Below, piece by piece: positions 25,316 to 38,940 of a stretch of 64,000 nucleotides of DNA. The position numbers and the translations under genes are program-made. The stretch is from Octopus bimaculoides (taxonomy: Eukaryota). The notes beneath the pieces were generated by a model. It was not told where the DNA came from. It searched no databases and was given only the letters and a program-made list of their open reading frames with translations. The stretch's first letter is position 1. Each line of letters begins with the position of its first letter. The DNA is taken from NCBI RefSeq assembly GCF_001194135.2, contig NC_068998.1:17962631-18026630 (forward strand), given 5' to 3'.

Positions 25316-26051
25316 TGGGCTAGCACTGCACTATTATAACAACATGCAGGATATCTGGAAAGACATGATTTGTATACTTCCTTAATTTATTTTGATGCTT
25401 AAATTTATATCTTCCCATAACATTGTTTCGTTATGTTAAAGTACCTTTATGATAATGCTTTAGAAAAAGATCGAGGTTATTGAAATGAAAGCTTATTCCT
25501 CCTGATGTCATGTCGTTAGGGCACCAAATCATCCTTGGTGTGGTCATCTTTGAATATTTCTCAAATTTAACAACTTCTTCGTTTACTCTGTTCATGTTTA
25601 CTTGTCATACTTGATTCCTTTCTTGAATTTTTTCTTCATATTCTTCCTGTTGTCCTTGGCTTGTTTTATTTCATTGCACATATCTCTCTCTCTCTCTCTC
25701 TTACTTTCTCCCCCCCTCTCTCTCCGTCGTTGTTTCTCTCTTCCTCTTCTTTTGTCTAGTTCTCTCTCTCTCGTTATATACTGTATAATCAGCTCTCTGT
25801 TCACCGTCCTTGCTCTCTCTTCGTACCTGTTGACTTTCTTTTTGATATTGTAGGTATCCTTACATGTTTGTGCTCAGTCCTGTTGGCTCCTCTTATTTTG
25901 TTAGTTTTATCTTCAACTTCCTTGTATTTTCTCTTTGTTTTTCTCTCATCTTTTGCCTGCACCACCTCATTATTTTTCTCTTCTTGCTTCAAGTCTTTGA
26001 GTTTCTTTCATAGTGAAGGTTGTTCAAATGTGAAGTAAGAATAATATTTGT

Positions 26052-26233
26052 GCTGGTGACATATAAAATGCACCCGGTACACCTTATGGGGTGGCTGGCA
26101 TTAGGAAGAGTATCCAGTCATAGAAACCAAGCTAGAACAGATTGGAGCCTAGCGCAGCTCTCTGGCTTACCAGTTCTAGTCAAACCATCTAACCCATGCC
26201 AGCATGGAAAGCAAATGCTAAATGATGATGATG
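26052..26233 (+). mobile_element. Repeat family D (retroposon 3' end with (GAT)n tail)
   Basis: GGCATTAGGAAGAGTATCCAG..TAGAAAC..AACCCATGCCAGCATGGAAAG..ATGATGATG. At least 7 copies in the window. Confidence 0.75.
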
Positions 26234-27056
26234 TGCAAAAAATCTGTAAAAGTGTCAAAAGATAATGAGAAACTGAAATATCTTCTTAGCTGTCTGCCTG
26301 TTACCCCATGAACGTAAAAGTGAAGGGAAAGGTGATTTTTAGCAAATGAAATTATTAAGGAGTGAGTGTTTTGTTAGCAATTGAAAATAAGAAGGAACAT
26401 AAAAAACTATGATACACAATCGTTCATACTCCCACCTAGGCACAATTACCCAAATTGTTCACACAATGTTTTAACCAATGCTCTGGTTATGATATTCTAC
26501 TACTGAAAATTGCTTTGTGAGAGAGGATCCAATAAAACACAATATTAGATGCATTCTTTGAAAAGCAATGTGTGAGAAAGACCTGCAAAATAGACCCGCA
26601 TCACAAATATATCTTCTGTCTTATTTTGCACAAAACCTTCCAATTGAATTAACAGTGAGTTGGTCTGTGTTCTTGTGGTTAATGTTGGTTAATGTAGATC
26701 TATTTAATAATTTAGAAGAGTTTCTAGTTTCTATATAACAGTTTTTACATCTTAATTCATTAAACTTGTATCCCGATTTCATTGTTAACTTTAGATCATA
26801 ATGCATAATATCACATTGCATGAGGTCAGCTAGAGTTAAGTGTAGGGTGTAACAGCAAGTTTCTGTGTGTGTTTTGTCATTTGGTGATGTTTATCACATT
26901 AATCAATGTTTGTATTACTGTTAAAAATATGAAGCTCCTATTTCTATTTGCTTTATCTAATGACCCTTATATACTGCATTTTTAGAAATGCATCTGAGTG
27001 CCGACATATTACTTTGTTTGTTTGTTTGTTTTCTTTGTATGTATGTATGTATGTAT

Positions 27057-27093
<37 letters not shown>

Positions 27094-27117
27094 TGTCTGT
27101 CCTTGTATGTGTGTATG

Positions 27118-27148
<31 letters not shown>

Positions 27149-28100
27149 TTGAAAAAATGAATAGAAATAGCTTTTCTGTAGGTGTTTATAAATGGTTTGT
27201 AAACAGAAAAGTTATTTCTATTCATTTTATCAAATATACAATATTGTGCCAAGGACTTCCTATTTCTTATTCTACAATATTTATATGTATTTCACAATGA
27301 ATTATTATTACCTTTCTATGTTTCCTAGCTCACAGTGTCTTCATTTTGAGGTCTTAGTTATTCCTCCTTATTTTATCTAATTCCATAGTGTCTTTTTTGT
27401 TTTAAACCTTGGCACCTAGTCTGAAATATCTTCTTTTTATTTTGCAATAATTCACCCAAATGGATAAGAAACCCTATTGAAATGTTGGCGACTATTTGAA
27501 AACTTTAATACTAAATTCTTTGTGTGCTTCTTCTGTGTGAATCGCTCTCATATTACACTAGTTACATCATAAGTTGTCCTCTCTCCAATACAAATAGAAA
27601 ATTAACACTTCAGAAACCAATATGTGTACATTGCTGCATGCTTATGTATGTGACAGTATCTTACATCTTGAATCACTACATCTCGACTTGTTGGTTGTCA
27701 TGAAAGCATTTTTAACCCCTACTAGTCTACCTTCGTTAATTCCACTTACTGGTATATTTGAACCAGGATTTTTTCATGCTGCTTTCAAAATACATTTGTA
27801 TTCCTTATAAGTTGCAAATCAGGGATCACTTGACTGATAATGCATGGATTAGCTTTCAGAATTGACCAGAATTTCATGCCTTACTGCTGTTTATGGAAAC
27901 AGAATTTAATCCCCGAATCTACTAGATATACTTCCCATCCTCTAAAACTTTGTAGCTTGGTATTGTAGTTCCATTTAGCTTGTCCACTATAACCTGTAAC
28001 CTGTAACCTACAACCTGTGTAGTCTTCTCTTTTACATGTTCTCACTCACCATTAAAAAGAGTTTATTTTTTTTCTTTTATATTAATTATGTATGTGTGAT

Positions 28101-28134
<34 letters not shown>

Positions 28135-28196
28135 ATATACACACACAGAAATAAATCAGTAGCAGGAGCCACGTGTCTTTATATTCATATATTTGA

Positions 28197-28227
<31 letters not shown>

Positions 28228-28524
28228 CGTGCTCATTATTGTATTTTCATTGATTTTTAAATTTAAATATGTTTGTGTAAGTTTGTTGTATTTATTTATG
28301 TATTTATATTTGTATATTATTGTAATGAACTTTGATTCAAACATTGAATACAAAATAAATTGGCAATAGAAAAAGAAAAAATCAAAAATCAAAAAATCAA
28401 AAAGGAAATTCCCTTAGCGATAGAAATTCTGAAAACAGGAAATTCACACCTGGCTAAGTCAACAGACTTTCAGCCTACCAGTAAAATGCCAATGGTTTGT
28501 GTCTTGTCACAAATGTTATATTGC

Positions 28525-29010
28525 AGCAGTGTGTCCATAGCCATGGTATTATCACTCCTAAAGATGCAAGTCTAAAGATGCCTGCAAATAAGCACCATGC
28601 AAGTAGACAGATCCTTGTTGTAAGCACTGTGTTGTCTCTATAGCTGTGGTACTTTACTCCTAGTAATGCGAGTCCATGTAGCTACAATTAGAGACCTTGA
28701 GAGCAGATACTGTACAGTCACAGCTGTGTGTACTTTACTCTTAGTAATGCAAATCCATGTAGCTACAGTTAGGCATCTCGAGAGCAGGTACATGTTCTTG
28801 CTATAAGTAAAGTGATGTGTCCATATTCGTGGTTCTTTACCCTTAGTAATTGAAGTCCATGTAGCTTCTAATGGGTACCTTGAGAGTAGATACAGTTCTT
28901 GCTCTAAGCACTGTACTATGTCCCTGATCATAGTACTTTATTCCAAATGATGCAAGTTCATGTAGCTGTAAATAAACACATTATTAAGTAGATACAGGTC
29001 CTTGCTGAAA
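28525..29010. repeat. Degenerate tandem array, ~101-bp unit, ~5 copies
   Basis: CATGTAGCT anchors at 28675, 28756, 28858 and 28959 (spacing 81/102/101). Recurrent TACTTTACTCCTAGTAATGC and GAGAG(C/T)AGATAC. Confidence 0.85.
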
Positions 29011-29540
29011 ACAGATGGCACACTGTATAATTAGCAAGTTTCATTAGTTTACAAATTTGTGGACCTAGGCCCTGACAGAACACTCAGGCTGCACCTGTTT
29101 CAACTGATTCTGTCACTCTGTGCATACAAAGAACAATAATGATTATACATTGGCTTCAACATAACATATGATTTTTATGTTATTGTTCTTGTTGTTGTTG
29201 CTTTCTTTAGTCTGAATCAAAATTTCAACCAATTTCAATTTGAGTAAACAGTTTTTTTTTGTTTTTTTTTAAACTTTGTTTTCTGTTCTTGTTAATATTA
29301 TTGTTTTGATGTTTTTTAAAGCTTTATTTGTTTTTTGATTTGTTAAAAAAATTTCTAAATTTTGTTTTAATGTTTTTTTTTTGTTTTTTTTTATTTGTGA
29401 ATGTTTTTTAATTCATGTAACAAGTGTATTTATTTTTTTTTTTTAATGAAGTTTTGCTACTAGTAATATTTTTGTTTGAACTTTGGCAGTGAAATCATTG
29501 AAATATCCACAATCAAATAAATAAATAAATTAATAAATTA

Positions 29541-29574
<34 letters not shown>

Positions 29575-29579
<5 letters not shown>

Positions 29580-29792
29580 CCTTTCTACTATAGGCACAAA
29601 GCCTGGAATTTGTGGGGAGGGGACTAGTCAATCACTTCGACCCCAGAGTTCAATTGGTACTTATTTTATTGACCCCGAAAAGATGAAAGGCAAAGTTGAC
29701 CTCGGTGGAATTTGAACTCAGAATGTGGTGACAGGTGAAGTACCACTAAGTATTTTGCCTGGTGTGCTAATGATTCTTCCAGCTCACTACCT
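29575..29792 (-). mobile_element. SINE family A (TATAGTAGAAAG tail) embedded in (AAT)n
   Basis: Reverse complement of the family A consensus. Confidence 0.85.
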
Positions 29793-30156
29793 TAATAATA
29801 ATAATAATAATAATGATAATCTATTGTTGTCAATGACCTCCAGGGAAAGAAATGTTGCCAAATACAGAAAACCATATAGAATATGGGGCTTGAAACAGGA
29901 ACAATTCCTGCAAATAATAGGTGTCTATGCAATGACAAAAAGACAAGTAGACAAATATATAATTAAACCCCCTGGGACTTACAATATGCATAACATATAG
30001 AAAATAGCATTACTAGGCACCACACACATATAACATAGAGCACTTTCAATACAATGAAAATAACAATACCAAAACAAAACAATGTGTAAAGCCAAGATAC
30101 ACAGAGCTGCACTTTGTAGCACAGTAAAAGCATACAGTTAGTATAAAACTTTTGAA

Positions 30157-30367
30157 TAATCGTTTCAAATTTTGGCACAAGGCCAGGAGTTTTAGGTGAG
30201 TGGGGGATGGCTAGTCAATTACATTGATCTCCGTGTTCAACTGGCGCTTATTTATTGACCCCGAAAGGATGAAAGGCAAAGTTAACCTCAGGGGAATTTG
30301 AACTCAGAGGGCAAAGCCAGAAGGAATGCTGCTAAGTATTTTGTCTGGTATGTCAGCTCACTGCCTT
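30157..30367 (-). mobile_element. SINE family A
   Basis: TTTCAAATTTTGGCACAAGGCC..GACCCCGAAAGGATGAAAGGCAAAGTT..GAATTTGAACTC. Confidence 0.85.
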
Positions 30368-30494
30368 AAGATTACTGAATAATAATAATAATAATAATAA
30401 TTTATCTTAGATCGGATCTGTGTGATCAATGAACTATTCTTTGTGACTGCATAAAACCAGGATACTAAGTAGTGTTGATACTATGTAATTAATG

Positions 30495-30708
30495 GCGATC
30501 TCAAATTTTGGCACAAAGCCAGCAATTTCATGAGAAGGGATGAGTCAATTACATCGACCCCAGTACTCAACAGGTACTTCTTTTATCGTCGCTGAAAGAA
30601 TGAAAGCAAAATCAACCTTGGCAGAATTTGAACTCAGAAAGTAAAGATGAATGAAATACTGCTAAACATTTTGCCCAGTGTGCTAACGATTCTGCCAGCA
30701 CTTTGCCT
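30495..30708 (-). mobile_element. SINE family A
   Basis: Same consensus on the minus strand. Confidence 0.85.
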
Positions 30709-30869
30709 CACTATGTTATAAATATTAGTTACAATATTGCTATTGTATGTTGTTGTAATTACAATATTATTGTGTAAGTCTTTGTTGAATGAGTGCTGAT
30801 AGGACTGTACTCAAGAAGGCCCGTCCTCCACAGCAGAAATGTTAAGGGTTAAGGTCCCCTGATGAAGAG

Positions 30870-31136
30870 GATTGGCCTGCAAGAGTCTTGTTCTGGTGTC
30901 ATGTAAAAAGCACTTGTGCCGGTGCCATGTAAAGCTGCTCATGTCAGTACCATGTTAAAAACACCCAGCACACTCTGTAAAGTGGTTGGCATTAGCAAGG
31001 GCATCCAGTCATAGAAACCAAACCAAGTTAGATTAGAACCTGGTACAGCTCTCCAGCTTGTCAGGTCCAGCCAAACTGTCCAACCCATAGCAGCATGAAA
31101 AACAGACGTTAAAAGACGATGATAATGATGACGATG
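30870..31136 (+). mobile_element. Repeat family D
   Basis: GTGGTTGGCATTAGCAAGGGCATCCAG..TCCAACCCATAGCAGCATG..GACGTTAAA.GACGATGAT. Confidence 0.75.
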
Positions 31137-34100
31137 GGACAAATTAAATAAAATGTTCAACTTGACTTTTAGGCCTAAAATACCATTCTGTTTAACACTG
31201 CATACCTTCCTGGTTGTTTGGTTCCTTTTGTGAAGTTAACTTCATAGCAATTATACAGACCAGACCTCTGCTTCCCTCTCTCCCCATCCACGTTTCTCCA
31301 GCTGAAAGGCTGATATTGTCTTCCCTTTAGACATCATCAATGATGTGGAGAAAAGAGGAGAGATTTGAATGTATGGATAAGTACTGGTCTTCCACAAAAG
31401 ACTTTACCCATCCATAGACCCTGGAGGGGAACTTTCCAAGGGTAGAAATCCAATGATCAGAGAAGAGACTCTACATAAGGTTTGCTTTGGAAATTGACAG
31501 AGGCAAGATGTAGGTGATGAAACTCAAGGTTACAATTTTTTAGGAAGAAATATCAATAGAGCTGGAAATATTCTGTATGATTGGTAAAGAGAGTAATTTT
31601 AGTCACAGCTGTAATGGGGATTTGAGAGTAGCAGAAGTTGTTGTAGTTTTAGTGTGTGTGTGTGTGTGTGAGTGTGTGAGTGTGTGTGAGAGAGAGAGAG
31701 AGAGAGGCAAGCAGGCAGCACAACATGGCTTGCTTAATTTTGATAACTACTTTATTCCTTCTGTTTCTTATCTCTTTTAGCTTAGGAACAGAATGATAAT
31801 TCTTTCTCACTGTAAAATGATTTAGGTATTATTCTGGTGGTGGTGGTAGCAATGGGGCTGCTGCTAACAGTTTCTGAAGGTAGAAATTAAAAAAAAAAAA
31901 AAAAAAAAAAACTGATTACTGTAAACTGTAGAGTTTTAATGTATGCTTATCTGCTAAACTGTTCAATCAACCTCAAGGTTAAAAAAAAAATAGGTGGGGG
32001 TGGGAGGAAATTAATTTGTTGTTGATGATGGTGATGATATTTTCGTTTTTCTTATTAGCTAATATAAAAGTGTAACTGAGTAAAATGTGTTGAATTATTT
32101 AAGAAGTTTAAGGAATCAGACTGAAGTCAGTGGAGTGTAAAAGACAGTTTGTGTGAATATTTAGCTCATTGGACAAACTTAAGTGACAATTTCGTTAGTC
32201 CAAGTGAGAAAATAGTAGTGATTACTTGATTGGTAATTAGAGTGAGACAGGTTGAACGAGATTCATTATGTAATGGCATCTCGCTTATATTTTTACAAAA
32301 TTTGTTTCCATACATGGAATATCAAAATTTAATGACTCTATTTTTATGTTTGCATATGGATGCATGACATTGTTCTTCCTTGAAATAGTTGTCTAGAAAA
32401 TGAAATAGTCTCTTTGGAATGTACCTGGCTGTCAGAGATTATATTTTTTATGTTAGCTGGGAGAAGAGTCTGCATTCATGCTATCTGAAAAACTTTGACT
32501 ACAACATTGTGATAATTAGATGAGGTTTAGTATGTTTGATGCTCAGGTTGAATAGTTGTGGATTTGTAGGTTAGTAAGTTGAGGAAACAGATGAGGGGGG
32601 GGGGGAAGAGAGAGAGTATGAAGAATAATGGCTGTAATGCATAAGTTTAGAGGGCTGGCAGTGAAGAGTTAGCAACCTCTGTTCCTTGAGAAAGCAGTGC
32701 AAGAAGACAGGACACTGATTTATCGCACATGTCTGTTATTAGGGATAATCATTAATATCTTGAAAATAAGGATTTTAATGATTGTTAGTTTTGTCAATCA
32801 TTTTAGGTAATCTTTAATCGGGTACAGCCAGGATGTCTGTGAGTGATGAATGCACCAAAGTTGTATCAACAGCACTTTGAACAGTTTAGTATAAAATATG
32901 TTTTTATTGTTGCAATGACTACAAGAATGACTATAATATTGCCTGGAAGTCTTTGTTGATGTGGTGCTGGTGTTAGTAGCAAGGTTTCAAATAATGTTGG
33001 GAGAAATTAGATAAAGTTTTCAACCTGATTAAGTCTAAAACACCACTCAATTTGACAGCAGTAATTTGGGCAAAAGGAAACTAGATTTTTCCTGTGGAGT
33101 ATTTAGGATCTGTATGAGCACTTATCAAAGATTATTGGGGCTAACAATTATAGGACATATAATGCACTTATCACTGTACATGTCAATTAGAACTTTCTTA
33201 TCTTTTAATCTTTTTTCTCTTTTGCATGGAAGTTTTCAGTAGATTTTATTTTATCACCGATCCATCTTTTGTGCTAAACTGTCATGCTATTGGGAAAGTA
33301 CAATAATAATGATAATTAAAATTTAGTCCCCTGATTCCCATCATCAGTGACAATTTCCATTAGTTTTGTTAAAATAGTGCAAGGCATTTCTTTTTGTTTT
33401 TTTTTATCATTGTATTATGTATTATTTTATCTTTTTCAGTGTTGTTTATGTATTTTCCCTTCTACTTCTGTTCTTGAATTAGTTCAGTCAGTTGAACTGA
33501 ACTATAGCTACATAATTAACTGGTCAGATTCTCCAGAACTCTCTTTTTCCTTCATTTCTTATGCATCAGATTTGTCATAGTATTTGACTTTTCACCTCTT
33601 CAAGCTTCTGATATTTTTTTGATGAAAGCCTATATTAATGGTCGCAGAGTTTCATTTCAAAACTTCAGGTAGCTATACTTGTTGACAGTTATTATGCTCA
33701 GTTTTCTCTTCACTCTTATCTAGGAATGTCTAAAAGGGCTATGAATAGTGTCCTTCCTTTCCTTACAAAGAAAAAAAAATTCTTTATTTTTACCCACTTG
33801 AAACTATATGCTCATGTAATTTACATGAAGCATCACCATTCCAGTATATAAATGGGAAGATAATAAAAAGCCAATTAACAATGTAAATCAGAGAAAAAAT
33901 TATTTATTCAGTATTACAGCTTTAATAAACTGCTATCATAAACTGAAAGATTTGGTAAATAAATTGTAATTAAGCCCACCAATTGTAATGACATGCACTG
34001 AGAGAGACATACAGTTTGGTAAGTGGGTAGCTGTAATAATCAAATCATACAATAAACTACTGATAACTCCTGCTATTTGTTGAACTGTGGTTGCCAGCAT

Positions 34101-34261
34101 CTAACCTGTATTGCTTCTTTGCATTAAGCTACCAATACTTCTATCAAAGGCCTTGATAGAAACCATAACTTTTGTCTTTTTGATTGCTTTCGACATACAT
34201 TTTAAGAGATAAGTCTTCCATCTTCACTTATCCTTTAATATGCATATGTGACTCTGCTTCT

Positions 34262-34500
34262 TACCATCATCATAATTTAACATCCATTTTCCAAGCTGGT
34301 ATGGGTTGGACAGTTTGACAGGGAGCTATCCAGACTCCAATTGTCTGTTGTGGCATGGTTTCTACAGCTGGATGCCCTTCCTAACAAGAAACATTTTACA
34401 GAGTGTGCTAGGTGCTTTTTATGTGTCACTGGCATGGGTGCATTTATGCAGCACTGACACAAGTGCATTTTATGTGGCACCAACACCTGCAAAGAACAAG
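34262..34500 (-). mobile_element. Repeat family D
   Basis: CATCATC..TTTAACATCCATTTTCCA..GGGTTGGAC..TTTCTACAGCTGGATGCCCTTCCTAAC. Confidence 0.75.
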
Positions 34501-34769
34501 CTTGTATGTATGGATGACTGAGATAAGCATTTTTAATGGGGACAGTTTAATGGTGTCCATATTGTACCAGGATAAGAGACTTGGTATGTCAGGTTATTAG
34601 AGAAGGTCTTCATGGATGAGTGAGTGATGTTAAATCCATCTCTCTGTATGGCACTACATATACACATTAAAAAAGGAGCACATTAATATAACAGTCTGGT
34701 CTGTTAGAAGACATTTTGGTATCAGTCAGAATACAATAGTTATGGTCTCTATCAAAATTTTTAGTTACT

Positions 34770-35180
34770 TATATACCTTGAAAGATTTAGTTGAACAAAT
34801 CAACCCCGGTAATTATTTTAAGTACATTACTTATTCTGTTAGTCTCTTTTGTTTTAACCAGACTGTAGGTTACAGGGATGAAAACAGACTAACACTGGTT
34901 NNNNNNNNNNNNNNNNNNNNNNNNNNNNNNNNNNNNNNNNNNNNNNNNNNNNNNNNNNNNNNNNNNNNNNNNNNNNNNNNNNNNNNNNNNNNNNNNNNNN
35001 NNNNNNNNNNNNNNNNNNNNNNNNNNNNNNNNNNNNNNNNNNNNNNNNNNNNATATATATATATATATATAATGAGCTTTCACTTAGTTTCCATCTACCA
35101 AATTCACTCATTCATGGTGAGATTGAACCCAAGGCCCATATGGTTGCAAATATAGCTCCTTAATCACGCAGCCATGCCTG
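34770..35180 (-). mobile_element. SINE family C copy interrupted by an assembly gap at its internal microsatellite
   Basis: The tail-side segment lies before the N-run (34901-35052). The CORE/head-side segment follows the (TA)n after the gap. Confidence 0.65.
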
Positions 35181-35651
35181 TATCTATTATATTAGCTATT
35201 TGCAACTACATTAACTATGTCCAAGAGCTTTTGTCAAGTTAATTACATTAGTAGCATATCATCAGCCACATATATTTACCAAACTGTATGTCTCTGTGCA
35301 TGTTGTTATAGTTTTGATGGTGTTTACACTCTACTTATCAATCTAGATTTATCTAATTCAAGATAACCTTACCTTCAATGTTTGTCCATTTCATACTTAT
35401 TGGTCATTGTCTGTCCATGACGACAATGTCTGTCTTGTAGGCTACTATTTGTTTTTTGTCATACCAGTTTTTTTTTTGTCGCCTTTCAGATCATTTTTTT
35501 TTAATGTATCTTTGCCATGTCAGCTTAGTCTTTACCATTACTCTTTTGCCAATTTGAGGTTTCCATCCCTGTGCACCTTTTGATATTTTTTCATCAGTCA
35601 TTGTGAATACATTACTCTACCATCTTAAGCAGTTTTCTTCTTCTCAACTCC

Positions 35652-35690
<39 letters not shown>

Positions 35691-36052
35691 TTAATGTCCA
35701 TTTTCTTCCATGCTGGCATGGATCAGACAGAATTTGTTGAGGAAGATTTTTATGGCTGAATCTCCTTCCTGTTGTCAACCCTCACCTAGTTCCAAGCAAA
35801 GTAATATTTCCCCATTGCTAGATGTGTTTTTCATGGAAGTCTGGAAATGACAGTGATGCTCATTTACAATCATCACATTATGTCAAGACAAGGGCACACA
35901 CATTCAATGGGCTTCTTTCAGTTTCCATCTACTAAAGCCACTGGAGCTACAGTAGAAGACACTTGCCCAGGCTGCTGTGCAGTGGGACTGAACTCAAGAC
36001 CACATGGTTGTGAAGCAAGTTTCTTAACTGCACAGCCATGCTTGCACCTGTT
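35652..36052 (-). mobile_element. Family D fragment with (CAT)n plus adjacent family C 5' fragment
   Basis: (CAT)n TTTAATGTCCATTTTCTTCCATGC at 35652-35880, then GGGCTTCTTTCAGTTTCCATCTAC..AGTAGAAGACACTTGCCCA at 35905-36052. Confidence 0.65.
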
Positions 36053-36669
36053 CTAAATATTTCCAGATAATAATTTGGTCCTTATATGTCACATAAGAGA
36101 TATAGCACAGATGCCTTTGATGGGAATGTATTCAGTTCTCATCACTTTCACTGCCAAAATAAAGAACAAACATACTTAACTGTAGACAGCAATTTTCATT
36201 TTTATACAAATGTTTTTTTTTCTTTAGTGTCCAAACATTGATAATTTACTAAATGTTGCCCCAGCTTTTTTAATAGTGATGTTGACTTCCCTACCACTTT
36301 CCGTATCTGGGATAAATATTGTATGTCTATGTAGGAGAAATAGTATACATTTTTAGGTTTATGCCATTTTCTGTGATCTTTATGCTGTTTTAGTTTGGAC
36401 CTTTTTTAAAAATTAAAATGTAAGTTGACTTTCCTTAATAATGGTCCTTACAAAGATCATGCTGATTTGTAGACATTCTTAATCTTTTCTAATCAGTGTG
36501 ATTATTATCAGTAAAATCCAATCATACAACAATTAGTCAAGATTAAACCTTGAAATTCAAATATTAAATAAATTTGATTTCTCCAAGTTTTTGTTAAGTG
36601 ACTTTTACTGCCTTTCTTTTTCTAACCTAGAAGTTAGTGTGTTAAACTCATAAGTGCAAGATCATGCTT

Positions 36670-36850
36670 TTGTTTCCCTGGTTGGGTGCTGCATTGTATT
36701 CTTGAGTAAAGCACTTCATGTTGTTATGGTCCACTCAGCTGTAAATGAGTAACCCTAAGACAGACTGGAATTTCATTCAGGGAAATGTTGAGATCTCAGT
36801 CACTTATACACCATGGTAACCAGTTGTCTGGCCCGATGAGTCCTAGGAAT
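36670..36850 (+). mobile_element. Decayed SINE with CORE-like then V-domain-like segment
   Basis: GTATTCTTGAGTAAAGCACTT..CCACTCAGCTGTAAATGAGTA..GACAGACTGG..CAGGG. A related GATGGACTAGCATCCCATCCAGGG lies on the minus strand at about 60045-60135. Confidence 0.45.
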
Positions 36851-37002
36851 TAAGGGCAGTAATATCCAGGGGTGGATGATGATGTTTCTATGCTGCATAA
36901 TTGTGCCAGAGAAGATCTATATCGTTTGGTGTTAGACACAAATGGTGTTAGACACAAATCTGTGACAAAAGCTGTATCATGTAAATAGTACTTGAGTTAA
37001 TA

Positions 37003-37217
37003 ATGATTTCAAATTTTGGCACAAGGCCATAAATTTCAGGAGAGGGGACTAAGTCTATTACATTGACCCCAGTGTTCAACAGGTACTTATTTTATTGACC
37101 CCAAAAGGGTGAAAGGCAGTCAACCTCAGCAGCATTTGAACTCAGAACATAAAGTCAGACAAAATGCCGGTAAGCATTTTGCCATGCATGCTAATGATTC
37201 TGCCAGCTTACCACTTT
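37003..37217 (-). mobile_element. SINE family A
   Basis: Family A consensus on the minus strand. Confidence 0.85.
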
Positions 37218-38334
37218 AATACTTGAGTAAATAATAAGCAGTTTAATAGTTCATTAGTTTAAATCTGGTAACAAATGACTTATTTACTGAATCATTACTA
37301 CAATACATGATGAAAGCAAATTGGTTAAAATTTAGTTTATAGTGAAATACCAAGTCAACATATTGTCCATTGACTTGGAGACTTGCACCAAACACGCTTT
37401 CATATCTGGACAGGCTGTATACTGTATATTGCTACTTCATTCCAAGTTCCATATATGTTTTAAAGGTATGGAGGAGTAAGCTAGGTGATCACCAGTCTGA
37501 ACAGGTGATCACAATGTCATATTTGATCTGGTCTCTTGTAATAGTTTGGCCTGTAATGTATAACATAGCTTGCATGAGACAAACTTGTGGATTATTTTTA
37601 TGTATAATTCAGGTAATTTAATTGCTATTGTCAATTTAGTTTTGTTTTAAATTGATTAATAATTCTTAGTATTATAAGTAATATTTAGAAAAGGAAGGCC
37701 AGCAAGCTATACTGTCACAGCTTTGTGTCTTATCCATTGAAATGGCGTGACTTAGGTAATATTCATTTCACTATATATATATAAACTTAAGGACACAGTA
37801 ATTGTGTCAAGGCCGACAGGAAGCGGTCCAGCTTCCTAGGGCTAAACAGCAGTAGTGTATTCCCTTATTGGGATTGTCACATTAGGTTGACAATATACTA
37901 CAACTTTGTCGCTCCACTACTGCTTAAATCTCTCTGAGAGATTTAGAAATATTATATTTCTAATAAAATATATAGTTTTAGGGAAAATAACCAAGAGTAA
38001 ATTCTGTTGCAAATAACCCTCTATTCAAACCCATGCTAACTTGGAAAAACTGATGTTAAATAAATGAATGAATTGTGAGGGTGAGAGAGAGAGAGANNNN
38101 NNNNNNNNNNNNNNNNNNNNNNNNNNNNNNNNNNNNNNNNNNNNNNNNNNNNNNNNNNNNNNNNNNNNNNNNNNNNNNNNNNNNNNNNNNNNNNNNNNNN
38201 NNNNNNNNNNNNNNNNNNNNNNNNNNNNNNNNNNNNNNNNNNNNNNNNNNNNNNNNNNNNNNNNNNNNNNNNNNNNNNNNNNNNNNNNNNNNNNNNNNNN
38301 NNNNNNTATATATATATATATATATATATATATC

Positions 38335-38626
38335 GAAGGCACATGGCTTAGTGGTTAGGGTGTTGCACTCATGATCGTGGGTCCGATTCTCAGACTGGGC
38401 GTTGCATTGTGTTCTTGAGCAAAGCACTTCATTTCACATTGCTCTGTAATCATTTCGACATCTGACATGTGGTACCCGTTGTACCTGTACAGGTAATGTC
38501 AGTCTGATGGAGGGAGTGTGCTTATGTCTACACAAACATTTGACCACTATAAACAAATCATCTGTGTGGTTGTTCGGTAAGAAATTATCGAACCCCCATA
38601 CACTGTCTAATGACAGGAGAGTCCAT
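38335..38626 (+). mobile_element. SINE family F, near full length
   Basis: GAAGGCACATGGCTTAGTGGTTAGGGTG head and CORE-like GTGTTCTTGAGCAAAGCACTT. Body shared with 655-856 and 52845-53098. Confidence 0.8.
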
Positions 38627-38657
38627 TATATATATATATATATAATATATATATATA

Positions 38658-38940
38658 TCATCATCATCATCATCATCATCGTTTAACGTCCGCTTTCCAT
38701 GCTAGCATGGGTTGGACGATTTGACTGAGGACTGGTGAAACTGGATGGCAACACCAGGCTCCAATCTAATTTGGCAGAGTTTCTACAGCTGGATGCCCTT
38801 CCTAACGCCAACCACTCAGAGAGTGTAGTGGGTGCTTTTACGTGTCACCTGCACGAAGGCCAGTCAGGCGATACTGGCAACAGCCACGCTCGAAATGGTG
38901 TCTTTTATGTGCCACCCACACAAGCCAGTCCAGGGGCACT
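38658..38940 (-). mobile_element. Repeat family D, well-preserved copy running into a gap
   Basis: (CAT)nCGTTTAACGTCCGCTTTCCATGCTAGCATGGGTTGGACG..GCCCTTCCTAACGCCAACC. Nearly identical to 61938-62088. Confidence 0.85.

Noticed and set aside
28525-29010. CRISPR-like appearance of the tandem array
   Set aside because: Units are degenerate over their whole length, there is no identical repeat/unique spacer pattern, no cas genes, and the context is eukaryotic. Kept only as a tandem repeat.
36929-36960. Short direct repeat GTGTTAGACACAAAT x2 (also (TAACCTG)3 near 27990)
   Set aside because: Ordinary slippage duplications.
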